This document shows, piece after piece, positions 1 to 8,383 of a stretch of 39,736 nucleotides of DNA; the stretch's first letter is position 1; each line of letters opens with the position of its first letter. The notes beneath the pieces are model-generated. The model searched no databases. It saw only the letters and a list, made by a program, of their open reading frames with translations, and was not told where the DNA came from. The stretch is from the NCBI GenBank assembly GCA_049597355.1, contig JBMYMN010000001.1:1-39736 (forward strand), given 5' to 3'. Made by a program: the position numbers and the translations under genes. This DNA comes from Luteolibacter sp. Its GTDB lineage: Bacteria > Verrucomicrobiota > Verrucomicrobiia > Verrucomicrobiales > Akkermansiaceae.

Positions 1-56
1 GATTATGAGTGATTCATGAAAAACTTTGTTTTTGTTGTATTTCTACTTGCTTGCAT

Positions 57-97
57 AGTGTGTTTCAGTGTACTTCAATACCACTGAATGCCCCACT
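57..97. promoter_or_regulatory. Possible MraZ operator boxes upstream of mraZ
   Basis: AGTGT at 57 and 67 (10-bp period), followed by inverted CCACT at 81 and 93, just before the mraZ start. MraZ is known to bind short GTG(G)-type repeats about 10 bp apart upstream of its own operon. The match is short. Confidence 0.35.
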
Positions 98-104
98 TGT
101 GCCC

Positions 105-557
105 GTGAGTGAATTTGAACAACGTTACAAAGGCTTCAAGCCGGCGAAAATGGACTCGAAGTATCGGGTTTCCATTCAGCCTGCTTGGCGCCCCGAGCCG
201 GGCCGCTCCCTTTTTCTGTTGTTCTCCAAAGAATACGACATGCCTTTGGTTAAGGCGCTCAGTGAAGCAGCCTACGCCGAGCGGGTTGAGATCATCAACA
301 ACAGCGACAAGACACCCGCCGAGAAGGGCAAGATGCTCGGCAAGCTTGCCATGCTCTGTCGCGAAGTCGCCCTTAACGATCAGGGTAAGCTCTTGGTCCC
401 CAAGGACCTCAGCGAGAAGGCTGCCATCGACGCTGACTCCGAAATTATGCTCGCCGGCCGCGGCACCCATTTTCAGGTCTGGAGCAAAGCCAATTTCGAT
501 AAGGTCCTGGAGATCGAAACCGGTCAAGAGGACGACGATGAGCTTGGGATCTTTTAG
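105..557 (+). CDS. mraZ: Division/cell wall cluster transcriptional repressor MraZ
   Basis: Two SpoVT/AbrB-like repeats (KMDSKYRVSI; LNDQGKLLVP) and GRGTHFQVWS. First gene of the dcw cluster. Start probably GTG at 99 or 105, not 9. Confidence 0.92.
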   Translation: MSEFEQRYKGFKPAKMDSKYRVSIQPAWRPEPGRSLFLLFSKEYDMPLVKALSEAAYAERVEIINNSDKTPAEKGKMLGKLAMLCREVALNDQGKLLVPKDLSEKAAIDADSEIMLAGRGTHFQVWSKANFDKVLEIETGQEDDDELGIF

Positions 558-716
558 ATCCAAAAGCCTGCAAACGTTTTCACCAATCAACCAATTCACC
601 AGTTACGCAAGCGCAATCCAAACTCCGGTTCCCGCCGATTCACCCACTCATTATGGCTTCCTACCATCTACCCAACTCTTTCTCCTTCAGTTTGTGATCT
701 TGTGTCACCCTCCAAC

Positions 717-997
717 ACTGGCGCCTGAGCCGGCTCACTCTTGCGTGAGTCCATACGCAGCCGTGCAGGCGCCAGTCTTGGTCTCTTCTCCACCACTCTC
801 CCAGTGGTGCCAAGCGCAAGGGACGGCGCAGGGCACCACGACATATCGGGATGTCTGTGCCACTTCTGGTTGGTTGCTGGCGCAGCATCCCGGGGATTTT
901 CTGGCTGGGCGTTTGAAGCTTCTAGGGACAGAGCTTCATGCGTCGATTGCTACGATGGTCCGTGCGGCTTCTGGCTGGTTGTCCGCGCGGCCATCGT
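717..997 (+). ncRNA. Candidate structured cis-regulatory RNA in the mraZ-rsmH leader (tandem two-hairpin module, 105-nt period)
   Basis: Stems at 717-727/766-776, 804-811/832-839, 847-862/878-892, 908-920/932-944 and 952-967/983-997. Loop motifs AGGGAC (819, 924) and CTTCTGGYTGGTTGY (863, 968) each recur exactly 105 nt apart. The copies differ by compensatory changes. G-U wobbles indicate the + strand. Confidence 0.7.
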
Positions 998-1011
998 CAT
1001 CTCTCCAAACG

Positions 1012-1968
1012 ATGAAGCCCGACCCCACGGCGAAAGCCGGCGGGGTCTCTTCGTATCATGCCCCTGTGTTTCCTGCAGAGGTGATCGAGTGGATGCAGCC
1101 TGCTGAAGGTAGTTTTATCATCGATGGAACTCTTGGTGGCGGCGGTCACAGTGAGTTGTTTCTGAAGGCTGGAGCGAGAGTGCTGGGTGTTGATCGCGAT
1201 CCGGAAGCGCTGGCCCATGCGAGCCAACGTCTGGCGGCCTTCGGCGATCGCTTTTGCTCATGGGAGGGTAACTTCTCCGATGTGGCCGACGACCCGAAGA
1301 TTGGTATGGCCGATGGGCTGTTGCTCGATCTCGGCGTATCATCGCGCCAGCTCGACTGTGCCGAGCGTGGCTTCTCCTTCATGCGTGACGGCCCCCTAGA
1401 CATGCGCATGGGCCCCAGTTGCCCGCACGATGCTGCCGAAGTAGTCAATGAGTGGCCTGAACACGAATTGATTCGCATTTTGCGCGAATACGGTGAGGAG
1501 AAGAAGGCTCACCGCATCGCTGCGGCCATCACCGAGCGCCGTGCCGACAAGCGATTTGCCACAACCCTCGATCTGGCCTCTTGCATTGAGAAGGCTGTCG
1601 GTAGGCAAGGTCGCATCCATCCAGCCACCCGCGCTTTCCAGGCCATTCGCATGGCGGTGAATGAAGAGCTTGAGAGTTTGCAGCGCACACTTGAGGCAGT
1701 TCCCGGTCTCCTGAAGCCGGGTGGTCGTCTGCTGATCATTACGTTCCACAGCCTCGAAGACCGCATGGTTAAGCACTTTCTTAAGCGGCGCTCTACCGAG
1801 TGGATAGACAGTCCTGCGTGGCCCCAGCCACGCCGCAATCCCGAACATCACTTTAAGCTGCTGGCCCGCAGGGCGATCGCTCCGACCGAAGCAGAGGTGA
1901 ATGCGAATCCGCGCGCTCGCAGTGCGAAGCTCCGCGTTGCCAGTCTACTTGAGCACCAAACATCATGA
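1012..1968 (+). CDS. rsmH: 16S rRNA m4C1402 methyltransferase RsmH (MraW)
   Basis: HAPV, IDGTLGGGGHS, DLGVSSRQLD, RGFSF, HPATRAFQAIRMAVNEEL, ITFHSLEDRMVK, NPRARSAKLR. Start taken as ATG 1012, but the frame stays open upstream (in-frame ATG at 955). Confidence 0.97.
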   Translation: MKPDPTAKAGGVSSYHAPVFPAEVIEWMQPAEGSFIIDGTLGGGGHSELFLKAGARVLGVDRDPEALAHASQRLAAFGDRFCSWEGNFSDVADDPKIGMADGLLLDLGVSSRQLDCAERGFSFMRDGPLDMRMGPSCPHDAAEVVNEWPEHELIRILREYGEEKKAHRIAAAITERRADKRFATTLDLASCIEKAVGRQGRIHPATRAFQAIRMAVNEELESLQRTLEAVPGLLKPGGRLLIITFHSLEDRMVKHFLKRRSTEWIDSPAWPQPRRNPEHHFKLLARRAIAPTEAEVNANPRARSAKLRVASLLEHQTS

Positions 1969-2309
1969 ACCGTCGCAAGCAACAGCCCATCAGGATTTCT
2001 GCATCTGCTCTGATTGCGGTCATTCTTGCGACTTCTATCGCTGCAGCAGGCGGAATCCTGTATGTCTATTGTAAGAATCGTCAAATCCAGATCAGTCGCG
2101 AGATTGATGAGATTTCGCGTACCATTGAACACTGTAAGCTTGAGATCCGCTCGACTAGCATGCGGACGGATCAGCTACTCAACCGCTATCTGATCCGCAA
2201 GCGTCTCCAAGAACAGGGATCCAGGCTGAGGCCGATCAATGTCGCGGTCGTAGAAGAGATTCAATTGAAGACTGAAAAACCCGATAGCGTTGCTTCCGCA
2301 GTTCCCTGA
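1965..2309 (+). CDS. ftsL: Cell division protein FtsL-like
   Basis: Basic N-terminus, one TM helix, then a coiled-coil-like segment. Canonical position between rsmH and ftsI with overlapping start/stop codons. Confidence 0.7.
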   Translation: MNRRKQQPIRISASALIAVILATSIAAAGGILYVYCKNRQIQISREIDEISRTIEHCKLEIRSTSMRTDQLLNRYLIRKRLQEQGSRLRPINVAVVEEIQLKTEKPDSVASAVP

Positions 2310-4252
2310 TGTTGTCCTCGCCCTTTCAAGTCCGTTGCTTGCTGCTGTGCTTGATCCTGATGGTCGCGTTCAGTGCTCTTTCGGCTCGACTGATTCAGAT
2401 CCAGCTTGTGGACCGCCAGCGATACGCTGAAAGCTCGCACAAGGCCTTTCATCGTGTCGAGCGCCTACCTGCAATGCGCGGTATGATTGTGGACCGTCAC
2501 GAGGAGCCACTGGCCAAGAGTGTTCCGGTTTCCACTCTTTACGTCGACAAGAACCATCTTCGTGACCCCAAGGTTGTTAGCTACGGCCTGGCCTATCAGG
2601 AGGCAAGCATGGAGAAGGGTTGGGATATTCTCGATGACAAATCCCGCGCACAACGCATCCGCTCGCTTCGTGGTGAGATTCTAGCTCATCATTCGCCAGA
2701 AGATATTGTCGAGCGCCACTTTGATTTTGCAGTTAGCATTTTAGCGCGTCCGCTTCAGTTGAAGCGCAATGAGCTTCGTGAGCGCATTCAAACCAGTCGC
2801 GGTACTTGGGTGCCCGTTGTCAAGGATCTGCCCGAGGATGTGGCTGAGGATCTTCGTCAGGTGGTGTCAGAAAACTGGATCGAGGGTTTTGCCTTTCAGA
2901 ATTCAATCAAACGTTGGTACACCACACCTAACCGTGCGTCTCACCTTATTGGTTATACGGGTGAAATTGAGAAAGTGGGGGAGGACGGCCAACCTGAATA
3001 CAAAGTGGTTGGTCGTTTCGGCGTCGAGCGCACGATGGAGGACTGGCTCACAGGACGTGATGGTTGGCGCGAGCACAGTCGAGATGCACGTGGTCTCTTG
3101 ATTCCTGGCGATGAGTCCAGTCTGTTTCCACCGCGTTCAGGGCTCAATGTACAGCTGACCATTGATATGGGTCTGCAGTCCATCGTCGAGGAGGAACTCG
3201 AGAGTGGCCTCAGACAATTCAATTCAAAGAAAGGGGCGGTGGTAATGCTTGACCCCAAGACTGGTGAACTGCTTGCGATGGCAAGTCGCCCGCACTTCAA
3301 TCTCAACAAACGAGATAAGATTGTTGAACATGGCTACAATTACGCCTTGCAGGCGGTTTATGAACCAGGATCAACCATCAAAATGGTGGCGGCTGCTGGG
3401 GCTCTCGATCAAGGCTTGGTCTCGCCTAATACAATCATTCACTGCCACTGGGGTAACTATCGTAATGGTCCGGTGGTGGTGAAGGATGCATATCCCAAAG
3501 GAGATCTCAGCTTCACTGAAATCCTGAAGAAGTCGAATAACATCGGTACGTATAAGATGGGTTTGATGTTGGGCCCGAATCGTTTCTACCGCTACCTCAG
3601 GGATTTTGGTTTTGGTAGCAAGACAGGTATTGCGCTGAGTGGCGAGAGCGCTGGTTTAGCGCGTAATACTGGTAACCCTGTCGATTTCTCCCGCGCCACA
3701 TTCGGCTACGCAACCAATGTCACGCCGCTGCAGCTAACGGCCGCTTACGGCGCAATTGCAGGCGACGGCAAACTGCGACGCCCGCAGGTGGTGAAGGCCG
3801 TCGTTGCAAATGACGGCAGCCTAGTCGAGCGCTTCCAATCACAGCCCATACGTCAAGTAGTCAAGTCGAGTACCGCGAAGCGCATGCGTCAGGCTCTCAA
3901 GTCCGTGACTCAGGAAGGAGGCACTGCCATCCGCGCCGCAGTTTCTGGTTTTGAGGTCGCTGGCAAAACCGGAACCTGCCGCAAATACGTGCCCGGAGTC
4001 GGCTATATTGATGGTCACTACATTGTCTCCTTTGTGGGCATGATGCCCGCTGAGGACCCGACCTTCGTGTGCTTGGTGGTCATCGATGATCCCCGTCCCA
4101 ACGACGAAGAGCTTAAAATCTACGGTGGCACAATTGCCGCACCCATCTTCAGTCGAATTAGTACGCGCGCTGCGAGTTACCTCAACCTCGAACCTACCGA
4201 AGAAATAGAACCAGCTGAACCCGCTCTGACGGGCGTGGCATCCAATCGATGA
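2309..4252 (+). CDS. ftsI: Class B penicillin-binding protein FtsI/PBP3
   Basis: N-terminal TM, RGMIVDR, GVERTME, YEPGSTIK (SxxK), KSNNI (SxN), GKTGT (KTG); dcw position. Confidence 0.95.
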   Translation: MLSSPFQVRCLLLCLILMVAFSALSARLIQIQLVDRQRYAESSHKAFHRVERLPAMRGMIVDRHEEPLAKSVPVSTLYVDKNHLRDPKVVSYGLAYQEASMEKGWDILDDKSRAQRIRSLRGEILAHHSPEDIVERHFDFAVSILARPLQLKRNELRERIQTSRGTWVPVVKDLPEDVAEDLRQVVSENWIEGFAFQNSIKRWYTTPNRASHLIGYTGEIEKVGEDGQPEYKVVGRFGVERTMEDWLTGRDGWREHSRDARGLLIPGDESSLFPPRSGLNVQLTIDMGLQSIVEEELESGLRQFNSKKGAVVMLDPKTGELLAMASRPHFNLNKRDKIVEHGYNYALQAVYEPGSTIKMVAAAGALDQGLVSPNTIIHCHWGNYRNGPVVVKDAYPKGDLSFTEILKKSNNIGTYKMGLMLGPNRFYRYLRDFGFGSKTGIALSGESAGLARNTGNPVDFSRATFGYATNVTPLQLTAAYGAIAGDGKLRRPQVVKAVVANDGSLVERFQSQPIRQVVKSSTAKRMRQALKSVTQEGGTAIRAAVSGFEVAGKTGTCRKYVPGVGYIDGHYIVSFVGMMPAEDPTFVCLVVIDDPRPNDEELKIYGGTIAAPIFSRISTRAASYLNLEPTEEIEPAEPALTGVASNR

Positions 4253-5751
4253 AATTGCGCCAACTCATCGCTCCACTCAACGGAGCCCTGCTCTGCGGTT
4301 CTTCAGATCATGAGATCGGAGGCTTGAAGGTGTCCTCGCGTGATGTGGTAGAAGGTGACCTCTTTATAGCGGTTGCTGGTATCCGTCATGACGGTCACGA
4401 CTTCATCAACGATGCACTCGAGTCGGGTGCAGTCGCTGTGGTCGCAGAGAGACCAGCCCCTGCAGAATTTGCCAATGGAGTGGCTTGGGTGCAGGTTGAG
4501 GACAGCCGCCATGCCATTGCTGAAATGGCTGCCGTGTTTCATGCCCAACCTGCGAATGAAATGATTCTGGCCGGGGTTACCGGCACGAATGGCAAGACCA
4601 CGACTACGTTTCTGATTCATCATATCATGAAGACGGTGTGGCATCAGGCAGGTCTGCTTGGCACCATCATGGTTGACGATGGAGTCAGCACTCAAACGTC
4701 TACCCATACCACTCCGGCTGCCCATGAATTGACCCAATTTTTAGCCCGCATGCGCAACCATGGGTGTCGCGGAGCAGCGCTGGAGGTGTCTTCTCATGGT
4801 ATCGATCAACAGCGGGTCGCTGCGATAGGATTCGATGCCTGCGTCTTCACCAATCTTAGTCAGGACCATCTCGATTACCACGATACACTTGAGAACTATT
4901 TTCGGGCCAAAGCCTCTTGGTTTGCGGCTCTCGCAAACGACCCCAGGGGCAAAAAGCCCGTTGCTGTCATTAACACCGATGACGCCCATGGGCTGCAGTT
5001 GGCGGATTCTCTTAGCGATAAGGGAATGAAGGTCAGCCGTTACGGCTTTGGGGTGCACTGCGATTACCGAGCAAATAATCTACGGCAGACAGCACGCGGA
5101 ATGGAATTTGAACTCAGCACCCCATCCAAGCAATGGCTGGTGCGAGCTCCCTACATTGGACGCTTCAATGCATACAACATGCTTGCCGCCATCACGGCAG
5201 CTCAAGCCTGTGGTATCAAGCCACGTGACGCCGTAGCTGCCCTTGCAAACGCCCCCCAAGTCCCCGGCCGCATGCAACTAGTCGGCAATGCAGGTGGTGC
5301 CAGTGTCTTCATTGATTACGCCCACACTCCTGACGCGCTTGAAAATGCCTGCATGGCAATCAAGGAGCTTGATCCACGTCGTTTGATCACAGTATTTGGT
5401 TGTGGCGGCGACCGCGATGTTGGAAAGCGTCCTCTGATGGCACAGGCTGCCGCTCGCCATAGCGAAGCGCTGGTCATTACCTCCGATAATCCGCGTTCCG
5501 AGGATCCCGAGGTCATCATTGCCCAGATCGAAGCGGGACTGAAAGGTAGTGCCCATATCAGTATTACTGACCGCGCTGAAGCCATTGAATACGCAATTCG
5601 GAATGCACGTTCCGGAGATATCATCCTGATCGCCGGTAAGGGGCATGAAACCTACCAGCAGTTTGCCACCAAAACCATCGACTTCGATGATCGCAAGGTG
5701 GCGTCCAAGGCCCTGCGCGACCGCGCGGAGAGCATTTCTAAGAATCGATGA
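4249..5751 (+). CDS. murE: UDP-MurNAc-L-Ala-D-Glu--meso-DAP ligase MurE
   Basis: GVTGTNGKTT, LEVSSHG, DHLDYH, DYAHTPD, FGCGGDRD, DNPR (meso-DAP-type specificity motif), AGKGHE. Confidence 0.97.
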   Translation: MKLRQLIAPLNGALLCGSSDHEIGGLKVSSRDVVEGDLFIAVAGIRHDGHDFINDALESGAVAVVAERPAPAEFANGVAWVQVEDSRHAIAEMAAVFHAQPANEMILAGVTGTNGKTTTTFLIHHIMKTVWHQAGLLGTIMVDDGVSTQTSTHTTPAAHELTQFLARMRNHGCRGAALEVSSHGIDQQRVAAIGFDACVFTNLSQDHLDYHDTLENYFRAKASWFAALANDPRGKKPVAVINTDDAHGLQLADSLSDKGMKVSRYGFGVHCDYRANNLRQTARGMEFELSTPSKQWLVRAPYIGRFNAYNMLAAITAAQACGIKPRDAVAALANAPQVPGRMQLVGNAGGASVFIDYAHTPDALENACMAIKELDPRRLITVFGCGGDRDVGKRPLMAQAAARHSEALVITSDNPRSEDPEVIIAQIEAGLKGSAHISITDRAEAIEYAIRNARSGDIILIAGKGHETYQQFATKTIDFDDRKVASKALRDRAESISKNR

Positions 5752-7136
5752 AAGCCCTAACTGCCCAACAATTTGCTGAGATTCTTGGTGCCGAAGTTTT
5801 CGGTGATCCGGATGCTTCGGCCACGGCAGGGGTTTCCACTGACACCCGTGATATGAAACATGGGTGTGTCTTTTTTGCTCTCCGTGGAGAGAATTTTGAT
5901 GGAGATCAGTTTGCCGCCGGCGCTCTGCGGGGCGGGGCCAACGTTGTCATCGTTCATCAGTGGCGGGGTGGAGCGCCGGGCGCGGGCAAGGCGGTCATCA
6001 AAGTGAAGGACACTCTTCGTGCGCTTCAGAAGTTCGCTTGTTGGTGGCGCCGTCAACTAGATCAACTCAACACCGATCGCTCTCCCTTACCGGTTGTTGG
6101 TATCACTGGTTCTAACGGCAAGACGAGCACCAAGGATTTTACTGCCGCCGTGCTGAACCGTAAGTTTACGGTCAGTGCCACTCGAGGTAACCTCAACAAT
6201 CATATCGGTGTGCCGCTCTCTGTGCTATCTACTTCAGAAGCACATACAGCCGCTGTCTGGGAGATGGGAATGAATCATGCCGGTGAAATCGCACCCCTCT
6301 GTGAGATTGCGAAACCGCGCTACGGCATCATCACCAACATTGGTACCGCTCACATTGAGAATCTGGGTACCCGCGATATGATTGCTGAGGAGAAGGGAAG
6401 TCTTGCCCGTGCTCTGCCTGAGGACGGCATACTCTTTTTGCCTGCGATTTGCGAATACAATACCTATTTCCGTGATCGGACTCGGGCAGCTATTGTTTCC
6501 GTAGGCAACGGCCGTGGTTTGGTGCGTGCTGAAGAACTCGTGTTCGAAAGTGACCGCACCATCTTTCGGCTCATCATCGAGGGTGTCGGCAGTGAAGAAG
6601 TAGTCCTACCTGTAGCTGGTCGACACATGGTCACCAATGCTTTGTTGGCCGCCGGAGTTGGATGGAAGCTGGGTATCGAGATTGAGGAGATTGCAGCCGG
6701 ACTCTCCGAGAGTGTGCTCAGCGGTGGCCGTCTCCGCCGCTATCTCTGCGGCGGGGTGCAGGTGGTCGATGACAGTTACAATGCCAACCCTGAGTCCATG
6801 CTCGCCGCAATTGAAACGCTCGAAGATCTCCCGCTTGATGGGGGTGGCCGCAAGTTCATCGTGCTTGGTCAGATGGCCGAACTCGGACGCCATGCCGAAC
6901 AGGCCCACCTTAAGATCGGGCGAACCGCTGCCGAACACGGCCTTGAGGTTCTTGCTGTCGGGGAAGGTGCTGCCGGCATTGCTGAAGGCGCGGGCAGCGC
7001 CCCCTATTTCAAGGATTTTGAAAAAGCCTCTTCCTGGCTGAAAAGCAAGGTCGCTGAGGGCGACGTGGTGCTCTTTAAGGGTAGCCGTGCTGCTGCGGTT
7101 GAAACCTTGATGAACTCGGTGTTTCCACAGAACTAA
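5748..7136 (+). CDS. murF: UDP-MurNAc-tripeptide--D-Ala-D-Ala ligase MurF
   Basis: GITGSNGKTSTK, NLNNHIGVP, EMGMNHAGEI, DSYNANP, KGSR. Confidence 0.97.
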   Translation: MKALTAQQFAEILGAEVFGDPDASATAGVSTDTRDMKHGCVFFALRGENFDGDQFAAGALRGGANVVIVHQWRGGAPGAGKAVIKVKDTLRALQKFACWWRRQLDQLNTDRSPLPVVGITGSNGKTSTKDFTAAVLNRKFTVSATRGNLNNHIGVPLSVLSTSEAHTAAVWEMGMNHAGEIAPLCEIAKPRYGIITNIGTAHIENLGTRDMIAEEKGSLARALPEDGILFLPAICEYNTYFRDRTRAAIVSVGNGRGLVRAEELVFESDRTIFRLIIEGVGSEEVVLPVAGRHMVTNALLAAGVGWKLGIEIEEIAAGLSESVLSGGRLRRYLCGGVQVVDDSYNANPESMLAAIETLEDLPLDGGGRKFIVLGQMAELGRHAEQAHLKIGRTAAEHGLEVLAVGEGAAGIAEGAGSAPYFKDFEKASSWLKSKVAEGDVVLFKGSRAAAVETLMNSVFPQN

Positions 7137-7148
7137 TTTGTTAAGCGA

Positions 7149-8363
7149 ATGTTACCCCTGATTTACGATTTTTGGCTGCAAGCATTCGAGGCGGAACTGG
7201 CTGCGGATGAGCCTGGTTGGGCACATGCTTGTAAGTTTCTCAACCTGTTTCAATACATCACTTTTCGTGCGGCAATGGCTGGATTGCTGGCTTTCATGAT
7301 CTCGTTGGTGATCGGGCCACGGGTAATCCGCAAGCTGATTTCACTCAAGGTGGGTCAGCCAATCCGTACTGCAGACGAAGTGCACAAGTTGGCCGAGCTT
7401 CATGGTGGCAAGATCGGTACGCCTACGATGGGCGGTGTTCTGATTCTGGCTGCCGTGGTCATCGGAGTCTTGGTCTGTGGCCGCCCGCTTAATCCCTTTG
7501 TTGCGGTCTGCGTGTGTACCATGGTGGCCTGTGGTCTGATTGGCCTACTGGACGACTACAAGAAGGTCAAACAGCGCAAGTCTGATGGACTCAGTGCGCG
7601 GGCAAAACTCGTCGGTCAGCTCATCATTGCGGTGATTGCTGTCTGCTTCATTTACTTCAAGCCTGAGATTTCCGGTTTCGGTGCTGATCATTCCAACCTG
7701 AACGCACCCATCACCGGCTTTCAACTCGGAGGCGAGCCGATGGGTATCGATGACATCTGCTTCCCACTGCTTAAGGTGCCGGTAATCAAACTCGGCATCT
7801 TTGTCATTCCCTTCTTTGTGATCATCATTATCGCCACTTCCAATGCCGTCAATTTGACCGATGGTTTGGATGGCTTGGCGACGGGATGCACCATTAGTGC
7901 TTCACTGGCTTATGCCCTCCTCGCTTACCTTGCAGGCCATTACTTTATGGGGGTCGAGTATCTGGTCATTCCCCACAATCCCCTCATTGGTGAACTTGCG
8001 GTATTCATGATGGCGCTGGCTGGTGCCGCCTTTGGTTTTCTCTGGTTCAACTGTCATCCTGCCAAGGTGTTTATGGGTGACACCGGTTCGCTTGCCATCG
8101 GAGGTGCCCTCGCTACGGCTGCCATCTGTACAAAGCAGGAATTGCTGCTGGTGATCATTGGTGGGGTCTTCGTGATGGAGGCAGCATCCGTGATCCTTCA
8201 GGTCGGCAGCTTTAAGCTTCGCAAGAAGCGCATCTTCAAAATGTCGCCCATCCATCATCACTTTGAACTCCTGGGCTGGCATGAAAGCCAAGTCATCATC
8301 CGTTTTTGGATTTTCTCTATCATGCTCGCCCTCTTCGGATTGGCCCTCCTCAAGATTGCATAG
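7149..8363 (+). CDS. mraY: Phospho-MurNAc-pentapeptide transferase MraY
   Basis: GTPTMGG, LLDDY, SNAVNLTDGLDGL, VFMGDTGS, PIHHHFE; multiple TM helices. Confidence 0.97.
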   Translation: MLPLIYDFWLQAFEAELAADEPGWAHACKFLNLFQYITFRAAMAGLLAFMISLVIGPRVIRKLISLKVGQPIRTADEVHKLAELHGGKIGTPTMGGVLILAAVVIGVLVCGRPLNPFVAVCVCTMVACGLIGLLDDYKKVKQRKSDGLSARAKLVGQLIIAVIAVCFIYFKPEISGFGADHSNLNAPITGFQLGGEPMGIDDICFPLLKVPVIKLGIFVIPFFVIIIIATSNAVNLTDGLDGLATGCTISASLAYALLAYLAGHYFMGVEYLVIPHNPLIGELAVFMMALAGAAFGFLWFNCHPAKVFMGDTGSLAIGGALATAAICTKQELLLVIIGGVFVMEAASVILQVGSFKLRKKRIFKMSPIHHHFELLGWHESQVIIRFWIFSIMLALFGLALLKIA

Positions 8364-8383
8364 GCCTAACTCTAAACCTATTT

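Noticed and set aside
558-1011. RNase P RNA, tmRNA, SRP RNA or tRNA as the identity of the structured spacer
   Set aside because: I found no GAGGAAAGTCC core, tRNA-like ends, SRP GGAA loop motif or cloverleaf on either strand by eye.
109-1968. 619-aa ORF as a single conventionally initiated protein
   Set aside because: Its first 150 codons are the +1 shadow of mraZ, and RsmH similarity begins only near 1012. The open spacer frame is treated separately as a finding.
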